NCBI GenBank assembly: GCA_038851075.1
Contig: JAWCLG010000001.1
Coordinates: 1 to 64,000, forward strand
Length of the DNA: 64,000 bases
From: Candidatus Hadarchaeales archaeon
GTDB taxonomy: Archaea; Hadarchaeota; Hadarchaeia; Hadarchaeales; Hadarchaeaceae
Direction of reading: 5' to 3'
The notes below the pieces were generated by a model, which was not told the DNA's origin, searched no databases, and saw nothing but the letters and a program-made list of their open reading frames with translations. Both the position numbers and the translations under genes were made by a program. This document shows positions 27,777 to 35,972 of the stretch, in pieces (the stretch's first letter is position 1; every line of letters begins with the position of its first letter).

Positions 27777-28286
27777 TTGAAGGCGCTTCTGATAATAGCC
27801 CCAAGGGATTTCAGGGACGAGGAGTTCTTCCACACCAAGGATGAGCTGGAAAAATCTGGAATTTCCGTCGAAGTTGCAAGCGCCAAAACCGGAGAGGCCA
27901 GAGGGATGCTGGGAGGAAAGGTAAGGGTTGAGCTCTCGCTGGAGGATATAAAGCCTGAGACTTACGACGCGGTGGTTTTCGTGGGAGGAAGCGGGTCTTC
28001 CGTGTACTTCAATGACAAAACCGCCCTTGCCACAGCGAGGAGGTCATACGAGGCTGGCAGAGTTGTTGGTGCGATATGTATTGCTCCGGTAATTCTCGCC
28101 AACGCCGGCGTGCTGACGAACAAGCGTGCAACTGTGTGGAACGGTGAATTTGTGAAGATGATTGAGAAAGGTGGAGCGAAGTACACGGGCAAGTCCGTTG
28201 AGGTCGATGGAAAGGTTGTTACAGCGAACGGGCCCGGAGCTGCGAGGGAGTTCGGGCGTGCTCTGGCCAAACTTCTGAAGGTGTAA
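27777..28286 (+). CDS. DJ-1/PfpI family protein
   Basis: FRDEE, YDAVVFVGGSG, AICIAP nucleophile Cys, VVTANGP. Confidence 0.92.
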   Translation: MKALLIIAPRDFRDEEFFHTKDELEKSGISVEVASAKTGEARGMLGGKVRVELSLEDIKPETYDAVVFVGGSGSSVYFNDKTALATARRSYEAGRVVGAICIAPVILANAGVLTNKRATVWNGEFVKMIEKGGAKYTGKSVEVDGKVVTANGPGAAREFGRALAKLLKV

Positions 28287-28288
28287 AG

Positions 28289-29587
28289 TTGGCCGATATT
28301 CTAATAAAAAACGGACTGATCTTGCCGATGACAGACGGCGCGACCATCCTGAGGGGATACTCAATACTTGCGGAAAACGGAAAAATCGCGTCGGTCGGCA
28401 AAAACATCACCGGAAAGGTCGAAGAAGTCATCGACGCCAGAGGGAAACTGGTGATGCCCGGGCTGGTCAACGCACACACACATCTGCCGATGACCCTGTT
28501 CAGAGGGGTGGCGGATGACATGGACCTTATGCCATGGCTCCAGACTAAGATATGGCCGCTGGAGAAGAAGCTCAACGCAAAAAGAGTTCGTGCCGGAGCA
28601 CTTCTCGGGTGTCTCGAAATGATAAAATCCGGAACCACCTGCTTCGCGGACATGTACTTTTTCATGGAGGAGGTGGCAAAAGCCGTTGAGGACTCCGGTC
28701 TCAGGGGCGTTCTATCCTATGGAATGATAGAGAAGGGCTCATCCGTTCTCCGGGCGCTCGAGCTGAAGAAAAGTCAGGGTTTCATAAAAAAATGGCACGG
28801 CAAAGCGGAAGGACGGGTCACTGCGATGTTCGGCCCACATTCAACATACACGTGCTCCGAAAAGTGTCTGAGAGAGGTAAAAAGGCTGTCAGAAAAAATG
28901 GGCATCGGGGTACACATACACCTTGCGGAGAACGATGATGACGTTAAAGAGACAAAAAAATTAACCGGCGAAACTCCGGTGAGATTACTTCATAAGATAG
29001 GACTACTTGGCCCCGATGTCCTAGCCGCACACTGTGTCAGGGTAAGCCCGGAGGAGATAAAGATGCTCAGCAAAAGCGGAACGAGCGTGGCGCACAACCC
29101 GACGAGCAACATGAAGCTGGCCTCGGGAATGGCGCCTGTCGCAGAATGCCTGAGGGCTGGAGTAAACGTGTGTCTCGGTACCGACGGAGCTGCCAGCAAC
29201 AACAGTCTGGACATGTTCTGGGAGATGAAAGTCTGTGCCCTGATGGGTAAACTGAGAGAAGATGACCCCAAGGTCTTGAGCGCTCCGGAGGTTCTTGAGA
29301 TGGCCACGGTTAACGGTGCTAAAGCGCTTGGGTTATATGACATCGGAACAATAGAGCCGGGAAAGAGGTGCGATTTAATAATGATCGACCTGAGCTCCCC
29401 CCATCTGAAACCGCTTCACAATCCGGCATCACACCTTGTTTACTCTGCCAGGGGGAGCGACGTGGACACCGTTATAGTCGATGGAAAGATAGTGATGAGG
29501 GACAGAAGGGTCCTCACGCTTGACGAGGAGAAGGTCGTTGAGATGGCTGAGAAGGCATCTACGGAGCTTCTGGAGGCAGCAAAGTGA
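28289..29587 (+). CDS. mtaD: MTA/SAH/5'-deoxyadenosine deaminase (MtaD/DadD)
   Basis: PGLVNAHTH, GTTCFADMY, PHSTYTC, HIHLAE, HNPTSNMKLASG, GTDGAASNN. Confidence 0.9.
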   Translation: MADILIKNGLILPMTDGATILRGYSILAENGKIASVGKNITGKVEEVIDARGKLVMPGLVNAHTHLPMTLFRGVADDMDLMPWLQTKIWPLEKKLNAKRVRAGALLGCLEMIKSGTTCFADMYFFMEEVAKAVEDSGLRGVLSYGMIEKGSSVLRALELKKSQGFIKKWHGKAEGRVTAMFGPHSTYTCSEKCLREVKRLSEKMGIGVHIHLAENDDDVKETKKLTGETPVRLLHKIGLLGPDVLAAHCVRVSPEEIKMLSKSGTSVAHNPTSNMKLASGMAPVAECLRAGVNVCLGTDGAASNNSLDMFWEMKVCALMGKLREDDPKVLSAPEVLEMATVNGAKALGLYDIGTIEPGKRCDLIMIDLSSPHLKPLHNPASHLVYSARGSDVDTVIVDGKIVMRDRRVLTLDEEKVVEMAEKASTELLEAAK

Positions 29588-30837
29588 AGATCGATGTGAA
29601 ATCACTGGCACCTTTGGGGAGGAGAAGGATAGATTGGGTCGAGAGGCACATGCCGGTACTCATGAGCATCAGGAAAGACATGAAAAGAAAAAAAATGCTC
29701 AGGGGTTTCAGAATAGGGATGGCACTGCACGTCGAGGCAAAGACCGCGGCTCTAGTCAGGACGCTGGTTGCCGGTGGAGCCGATGTGGCGATATCCGGAT
29801 GCAACCCGCTTTCCACGAAGGACGATATTGTGGCCGCGCTTCTCTCAGATGGGATAAACGTCTATGCGTGGAGGGGCCAGGGTACACGTGATTATTACAT
29901 GAACCTGAACCGGGTGCTTGACCACAGACCGGATATACTGATAGACGACGGTGCGGACCTCATAACCACGGTTCACACAAAAAGAAGGGAACTTCTCGGA
30001 AAGATAATCGGCGCATGTGAGGAGACCACGACCGGAGTTGTCAGGCTGAGAGCTATGGCCAGGAGCGGCAAGCTGGAGTTCCCGGTCATAGCCGTTAACG
30101 ACACCCCGTCCAAACATCTATTCGACAACAGGTTCGGGACAGCCGAGTCAACCCTCCAGGGGATAATGACTGCCACAAACACCCTCATAGCAGGAAAGGA
30201 GGTTGTCGTTGTTGGTTACGGGTTCGTGGGGAGGGGAATCGCTTCTAGGGCGAGGGGGCTCGGTGCCGTAGTGACGGTTGTTGAGGTAGATCCGATAAGA
30301 GCGCTTGAGGCAGCCATGGATGGGTTCAGGGTGGAGAGCATGAACCGGGCAGCGCAACGTGGGGACATATTCATAACCACCACCGGCAGCATCAACGTCA
30401 TACGCGGGGAGCACATGAGGAGAATGAAAAACGGGGCGATACTGGCCAACGCCGGACACTTCAACGTCGAAATAAGCAGGGGAGATCTGGTAAAGCTGTC
30501 TGTCTCGCACGGAAAGGTGCTGGAAGACGTTGAAGAATTCAGGCTCAGGGACGGAAGAAGACTGTATCTTCTCGCTGAGGGGAGGCTGGTGAACCTGGCC
30601 GGAGAAAGATCGCTCGGACACCCGATGGAGATAATGGACATGAGCTTTTCGCTTCAGGCTCTTAGCGTTCTGTACCTCGCTGAGGAGGGGAAGAAAATAC
30701 GGCCCGGCGTTCACGAGGTACCGGACCATATAGACAGAACTGTGGCAGAGAAAAAGTTGAAATCGATGGGCATCACGCTCGAGAAACGGACCCAAGAACA
30801 GGTCAGGTATGCGAGGACGTGGTCAGAGGGGACCTGA
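29584..30837 (+). CDS. ahcY: Adenosylhomocysteinase / S-inosylhomocysteine hydrolase
   Basis: GCNPLST, DDGAD, EETTTG, KHLFDNRFGT, GYGFVGRG, GRLVNL, GHP.EIMDMSF. Confidence 0.96.
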   Translation: MKIDVKSLAPLGRRRIDWVERHMPVLMSIRKDMKRKKMLRGFRIGMALHVEAKTAALVRTLVAGGADVAISGCNPLSTKDDIVAALLSDGINVYAWRGQGTRDYYMNLNRVLDHRPDILIDDGADLITTVHTKRRELLGKIIGACEETTTGVVRLRAMARSGKLEFPVIAVNDTPSKHLFDNRFGTAESTLQGIMTATNTLIAGKEVVVVGYGFVGRGIASRARGLGAVVTVVEVDPIRALEAAMDGFRVESMNRAAQRGDIFITTTGSINVIRGEHMRRMKNGAILANAGHFNVEISRGDLVKLSVSHGKVLEDVEEFRLRDGRRLYLLAEGRLVNLAGERSLGHPMEIMDMSFSLQALSVLYLAEEGKKIRPGVHEVPDHIDRTVAEKKLKSMGITLEKRTQEQVRYARTWSEGT

Positions 30838-30842
30838 GCCCG

Positions 30843-31739
30843 CTACATGGACCTGAGCGCTTCTATCCTCTTTTCTATCGGCGGGTGGGTCGCGAAAATA
30901 TTGTCGAGCGCGCTCCTGTTCGGGTCAGATATGAAAAGATGAGATATTGACTCGCTGACCTTCATATCTCCCATGTTATTGTTCTTTATCTTTTCAAGGG
31001 CGGAGGCCAGACCTTCAGGGTACCTGGTTAACCTCGCAGACTCCGCATCCGCCAGGTACTCCCTCCTTCTCGAGATCATCGCCTGAACCAGCCTGCTCGC
31101 TATCGGAGCGAATATTGCGAATATCACGGCAAGGAGCAGGATTATTCCAAAACCGCCTCCCCCTTTTCTTCCAGATCCAGAACCAGCGAATCTGACCGAC
31201 CTCAGGAACATGTAGCTGAGTATCGCGGCCAGCCCGACAAACACGGCGACCATCGTCATGTACCTGACGTCGTAATTTTTGACGTGTGATATCTCGTGCC
31301 CGACAACGCCTTCAAGCTCCTGCCTGTTCAGGTTCTCAAGCGCCCCGGTAGTTACCGCGATGCATGCATGCTCTGGATCCGTCCCGCAGGCGAAAGCGTT
31401 TATCTCGGGGTCATCGACAACGTAAACCTTCGGGGCGGGGATCCCTGCAGCCAGGCTCAGCCCCTCCACAGTGTTTATCAGATAGATGTGTTTGACTGGA
31501 TCAGCGGGCCTGGCATTTGTCGCCTTCAGAACTATAGAGGCACCGTATTTAAATGAGAGATACGCCTGCGCTGAAATCCATAAGGTCGCGAAAATCAGGA
31601 AAATCAGTGCCAGTTCCGGAAAAATGAGATATCCTATAAGATAAACCAGAGTTCCCACTATCGCCAGTATGAAAAAAACAAGCAGTATCGAGTTTCTCTT
31701 GTTCTTGGAGATCTGGTCGTAAAAGCTGAGCCTGCTCAT
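30843..31739 (-). CDS. htpX: HtpX-like M48 zinc metalloprotease
   Basis: INAFACG, HEISH, SRRREYLAD, ATHPPIEKRI. Confidence 0.93.
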   Translation of the reverse strand: MSRLSFYDQISKNKRNSILLVFFILAIVGTLVYLIGYLIFPELALIFLIFATLWISAQAYLSFKYGASIVLKATNARPADPVKHIYLINTVEGLSLAAGIPAPKVYVVDDPEINAFACGTDPEHACIAVTTGALENLNRQELEGVVGHEISHVKNYDVRYMTMVAVFVGLAAILSYMFLRSVRFAGSGSGRKGGGGFGIILLLAVIFAIFAPIASRLVQAMISRRREYLADAESARLTRYPEGLASALEKIKNNNMGDMKVSESISHLFISDPNRSALDNIFATHPPIEKRIEALRSM

Positions 31740-32302
31740 TCAAAACTCACTTTAGGAACCGCCCTCTCTTTCTCTGTTATTTCGAAGTACGGTCTCTCCT
31801 TGGTCATCCCCATCCTGCCAGCGACCCACTTTCCGGGAATTGTCCTTATTATCACGTTATAGTCCAGTACTGAGTCGTTGTAAAGCTGTCTGGCGTAGGC
31901 TATCTTGCTCTCTATGCCGTCCAGCTGCTCCTGAAGCAGCTTAAAGTTCTCGCTCGCCCTAAGGTTCGGGTAGTTCTCAGCTATCGCGAAAATAGTCTTC
32001 AGAGCTCCCGCGAGGGCGTCTCCCGCTTTTACCATTTCCTCAGGTGACTTTGCCCCCATCATCCGCTCCCTCGCCTTCGTGACCGTCTCTATCGCTTTCT
32101 TCTCATGCCTCATGTAGCCCTTCACGGTTTCCACGAGGTTTGGAACTAGGTCCGCTCTTTTCTTCAGCTGAACGTCTATCTGGGACCACGCGTTGTCTAT
32201 TCTTTTGGAGAGGGTGATGATGCGGTTGTAGTAGTAGAGGAATATCCCCGCGATTATGAGCACCACGAGAACAATTATCGCTATGATGATCCATTCCAGC
32301 AT
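31736..32302 (-). CDS. lemA: LemA family protein
   Basis: N-terminal TM, NAWSQIDVQLKKRADLVPNLV, AENYPNLRAS, ARQLYN. Confidence 0.95.
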   Translation of the reverse strand: MLEWIIIAIIVLVVLIIAGIFLYYYNRIITLSKRIDNAWSQIDVQLKKRADLVPNLVETVKGYMRHEKKAIETVTKARERMMGAKSPEEMVKAGDALAGALKTIFAIAENYPNLRASENFKLLQEQLDGIESKIAYARQLYNDSVLDYNVIIRTIPGKWVAGRMGMTKERPYFEITEKERAVPKVSFE

Positions 32303-32369
32303 TTTTTACCACCTTATCTTTTATCTTGATTATTATATAAAAATATTGAAACGTGATTCGGTATTCATT

Positions 32370-33623
32370 TTAGCCTGCTTTGAATCTGAGTATCGCGGCC
32401 AAACCCTTGAAAGCCAGCTGCAGCTGTTTCCCTTCCTCGGTCTCGGTCGACACGAACTCCACTTTGCTACCAAAACGATCTGCAATCTCAAGGAGTTCCT
32501 GGACAACGTCCCTGCTGGATGCCACCCTCAGCCTCATTTCACCGCACTTCTGGCATGCCCTGTTCTGAAGACGTTTTGAAAGAACGTCAACGTTGTCCGT
32601 CGTCTCATGCGTGACACTGCCGCACGAGTCGCAGACTATCTCCACCCTGAACTCTCGCAGACCCTCGGATATGAGAAGCAGCTCCACCGAACCCTTCTCG
32701 AGGGCCTCTCTCACGTCCTTCTCGCCGTATGCCACCAGCCCCCTTTCCGATACTATGGATTCCATGAACCTCCTCATCAGATCCTTCTCCTTGGTTATCT
32801 CCAGCCCCGAGAGTATCTCCCCCGCCTTTGCCACAACCTCCCTCACCCCGTATTCGTCCGTGTATCCGGTGTCAAGCACGCCTGCAATCTTCTTGCTCAC
32901 GTCCTCCCTGAGCAGACCGCTGTTCAGAAAGTCCTCCTTAGTCGGGCCCGGGCCGCCGACAAGTATGGCCTTAAGGTCCGGAATCTGGCTGAATATCTCG
33001 TTAGCGGCCTCAGCGACCCTCTTTGAGTACTCGTGCGCTGCAATCTCACGAAGACGCTCGAACCTCCTGGAGCTCTGACCCCCCTTGCTGTGTTTTCCCG
33101 GAACAGCGGATGTCATCTTTTTAACTACCTCCACGTGTTTGCCGCGGAGCGTGGCTATGGTCGCCTCCCTTCTGTCAATCACGAGTATTCCTATCGTCTC
33201 TTTTACCTTCATCATCTCCCAGAGGGGATCGAGCACGAACTGCTGATCGCATCGATACATCCTCACAGTAATCGGCTCGGGGGGCTCAATCCAGTAAAGC
33301 TGTATGTCCGTCATGTCCTCCCTGCCGGCCACATTGCCGCAGAATATGGCCATTCCATGGGGAGGAGGCTTGCGGTTGGTTTCAATGTATGCCCTCAGGA
33401 ACTGGATGATCCTCTCAAGCGCGCTGAGGACATTCTTTCTGGTACTCTTTGATTTTATGTTTGAGGCGGTGCCCTGCTCATCTCTCAGCTGCTGCATCAC
33501 CCTTGCCAGATCCGTCTCTGGGGGTATGTAGACCGATATCAGCTCGGTCCCGCTGCCCCTCTTCCCGGAAAGTTCTTCCACCATCCTTCTGAAGTGGTAA
33601 ACAGCCTTACTGTCTACGGTCAT
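32370..33623 (-). CDS. prf1: Peptide chain release factor aRF1
   Basis: GTELISVYIP, TASNIKS, YRCDQQF, KGGQSSRRF; C-terminal CDSC/CQKC zinc ribbon. Confidence 0.97.
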   Translation of the reverse strand: MTVDSKAVYHFRRMVEELSGKRGSGTELISVYIPPETDLARVMQQLRDEQGTASNIKSKSTRKNVLSALERIIQFLRAYIETNRKPPPHGMAIFCGNVAGREDMTDIQLYWIEPPEPITVRMYRCDQQFVLDPLWEMMKVKETIGILVIDRREATIATLRGKHVEVVKKMTSAVPGKHSKGGQSSRRFERLREIAAHEYSKRVAEAANEIFSQIPDLKAILVGGPGPTKEDFLNSGLLREDVSKKIAGVLDTGYTDEYGVREVVAKAGEILSGLEITKEKDLMRRFMESIVSERGLVAYGEKDVREALEKGSVELLLISEGLREFRVEIVCDSCGSVTHETTDNVDVLSKRLQNRACQKCGEMRLRVASSRDVVQELLEIADRFGSKVEFVSTETEEGKQLQLAFKGLAAILRFKAG

Positions 33624-33687
33624 GGTCCTCACACCAATTTTCTCAGAAGGTTAATAATACGATGTGCAGTGAAATAATTGGTATCGC

Positions 33688-34380
33688 ATGAGGGTCACTG
33701 TCTGCGTTGGAGGCGCCATACTCGCACCGGACGTTCCGGATACGGGATGCATATCTGAAATTGCGAAGGCTCTCGCGAAGTTAAAGTCGGCGAGACATGA
33801 AGTTCTTGTTGTTGTGGGCGGAGGTAACCCGGCTCGAATGTACATAAACGCGGGGAGGAGCCTTAAGCTCCTGAGCACGCGTCTCGATATGCTGGGCATA
33901 GACATCACCAGAGTGAACGCGAGATTGTTAGCTCTCGCCCTTGGAGATATTGCCGAGCAGGAACCGGTGAAAACGGTGGAGGAAGCAATTCAGGTAATGC
34001 TCAGAAATAAGATACCGGTTATGGGCGGGACCACTCCGGGACAGACCACCGATGCCGTTGCCGCCATGCTCGCAAAGGCCAGCGCTTCTGATATCCTGGT
34101 ATTCATCTCGGATGTCGATGGAATTTACACGGCAGACCCCAAAACAGATCCGTCTGCAAAAAAGATAGAACGAATGACAACCAAGGAGCTTGTGGTGCAG
34201 TTCGGATGGGTGAAGGGAGAACCGGGAATGAAAACACCAGTGGATCCAATTGCTGCGAAAATAATAGAGCGTTTGAAAAGCCGTATCGTTTTCATCGGAA
34301 GAAGGGAGATAACCCGCCTTCAGGAGATAATCAGGGGCGAGCCACACAGCGGAACCACCGTCATGCCGCTGGACGATTAA
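33688..34380 (+). CDS. pyrH: Uridylate kinase
   Basis: VVVGGGNPAR, DMLGIDITRVNA, PGQTTDAVAA, DVDGIYTADP. Confidence 0.93.
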   Translation: MRVTVCVGGAILAPDVPDTGCISEIAKALAKLKSARHEVLVVVGGGNPARMYINAGRSLKLLSTRLDMLGIDITRVNARLLALALGDIAEQEPVKTVEEAIQVMLRNKIPVMGGTTPGQTTDAVAAMLAKASASDILVFISDVDGIYTADPKTDPSAKKIERMTTKELVVQFGWVKGEPGMKTPVDPIAAKIIERLKSRIVFIGRREITRLQEIIRGEPHSGTTVMPLDD

Positions 34381-34422
34381 ATGAAAATATATAAGATGCG
34401 GCCTCCAAGCTATTACGAGACC

Positions 34423-34551
34423 ATGGTTAAGAAAAAAGGAGAAAAGTACAGGTGCGAGGTCTGCGGGCTTGTGGTTACGGTTGATAAGAACTGCAACTGC
34501 AAAGAGTGCGACATAATCTGCTGTAACACTCCGCTAAAGAAAACAAAATAA
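34423..34551 (+). CDS. 42-aa desulforedoxin-like Cys-rich metal-binding peptide
   Basis: Below the ORF-track cutoff; [42 protein letters not shown]; TATATAA upstream. Confidence 0.85.
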   Translation: MVKKKGEKYRCEVCGLVVTVDKNCNCKECDIICCNTPLKKTK

Positions 34552-34570
34552 AATCAAACTGAGACTGACT

Positions 34571-35242
34571 ATGAACACCGACGCACTCCGCACCATAACA
34601 TATGGACTTTATGTTGTGGGCTCTTTCAACGGAGAGAGAATCAGCGGACAGATAGCAAATTCAGTGATGCAGGTTACAGCGACTCCTCCTAAGGTAGCCG
34701 TGTGCATAAACAGACAAAACATGACACACGAGGTGATATCAAAAGGCAGGGTGTTCTCGATTTCCGTTTTGGAAAAAGAAACTCCTATGAAGCTCATCGG
34801 GTTATTCGGGTTCAAAAGCGGCAGGGACGTTGACAAGTTCAAGGAGATCCGGCACTCCCGCGGAATAACCGGGGCGCCCCTCCTGCTGGACAGCACCATC
34901 GCACATATTGAGGCGAGGGTAGTTTCTGAGCACGATGTGGGCACTCACACAGTTTTCGTTGGAGAAATCGTTGATGCAAAGGTGATAAAGGAAGGAGAGC
35001 CCCTCACTTACTCTTACTATCAACAGGTCAAGGGAGGACATGTGCCAAGAACCGCGACAACTTACTCGGAGGTGAAAGATACGGGAAAGTACAGGTGCAC
35101 CGTCTGCGGGTATATCTACGACCCTGCACTCGGTGACCCGGATTCAGGCGTGAAGCCCGGGACTCCATTCGAGAACCTACCGGATGGCTGGGTGTGTCCT
35201 GTGTGCGGTGCAGAGAAATCGGCATTCGAAAGGTTGAAGTAA
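34571..35242 (+). CDS. Flavin reductase-rubredoxin fusion (high-molecular-weight rubredoxin type)
   Basis: [29 protein letters not shown] plus [12 protein letters not shown]...[10 protein letters not shown]. Confidence 0.93.
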   Translation: MNTDALRTITYGLYVVGSFNGERISGQIANSVMQVTATPPKVAVCINRQNMTHEVISKGRVFSISVLEKETPMKLIGLFGFKSGRDVDKFKEIRHSRGITGAPLLLDSTIAHIEARVVSEHDVGTHTVFVGEIVDAKVIKEGEPLTYSYYQQVKGGHVPRTATTYSEVKDTGKYRCTVCGYIYDPALGDPDSGVKPGTPFENLPDGWVCPVCGAEKSAFERLK

Positions 35243-35313
35243 AGGACCCGGTTAATTGCGGTTTAAGTGACTGCTATTTAACCCATTATATTCAGGATTA
35301 TTGGGTGAGGAGC

Positions 35314-35529
35314 ATGGTCGAGGATCACAGGCACTGCATAGTGTGCGGTAAGGCCACGTCGGCGGATAAGTTCTTCTGCTCGCCCTCCTGTGAGGCGCTC
35401 TTCAAGCAGGGGCAGAAACGCGCCTCAAGATACAGAAACTTAATGATGGTGATTTTCTTCTTGATATTCGCCCTGATCATGGCTACATATTTAATGAGGT
35501 CCGGGTCTCTCTCTTTATTCCCAGTCTAA
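35314..35529 (+). CDS. DUF2116-like Zn-ribbon membrane protein
   Basis: MVEDHRHCIVCGK...FCSPSC plus C-terminal TM; GGTGAGG SD. Confidence 0.8.
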   Translation: MVEDHRHCIVCGKATSADKFFCSPSCEALFKQGQKRASRYRNLMMVIFFLIFALIMATYLMRSGSLSLFPV

Positions 35530-35946
35530 AAGCCTCTTCTCGCCGCTGATTTTTCTGATCTCGGTGATGTCCTGCGTGACCTCGAGGGTCCCGAGATAAC
35601 GGCCGTCCACACCGCGAACCGCAAAGTATCTTATGTATATCAGCCTCCCATTAATTGTTATCCAGAACCCGGCAACGTTTCTCGTTCCTGACCTGAACTC
35701 ATCCAGTATCTTGTTGACCACATGGACGCTCTTCTGGGGATGGCAGTTCTGAACTTTTTTTCCGATGACCGCTTTGGTCCTTGGAAAAATCCTGTCTCCG
35801 CCGCTGAAGTATTTCACCCTATCATTCGCGTCCACAAATGTTATATCAATGGGCAGTGTGTTGAGCATCGCCTCAAGTTCTTCACGTGAAAGATTCCCCG
35901 TTTCAAGCATGACCTCATTTTCGTTTTTATCCAATGAATCACCCAT
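35515..35946 (-). CDS. Stand-alone PAS-domain protein (DUF438-associated type)
   Basis: LNTLPIDITFVD, IFPRT..VIG..VQNCHP.KS, YIRYFAVR, YLGTLEVTQDIT. Confidence 0.88.
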   Translation of the reverse strand: MGDSLDKNENEVMLETGNLSREELEAMLNTLPIDITFVDANDRVKYFSGGDRIFPRTKAVIGKKVQNCHPQKSVHVVNKILDEFRSGTRNVAGFWITINGRLIYIRYFAVRGVDGRYLGTLEVTQDITEIRKISGEKRLLDWE

Positions 35947-35972
35947 CTACCTTTCAACACATTCAATTAACA

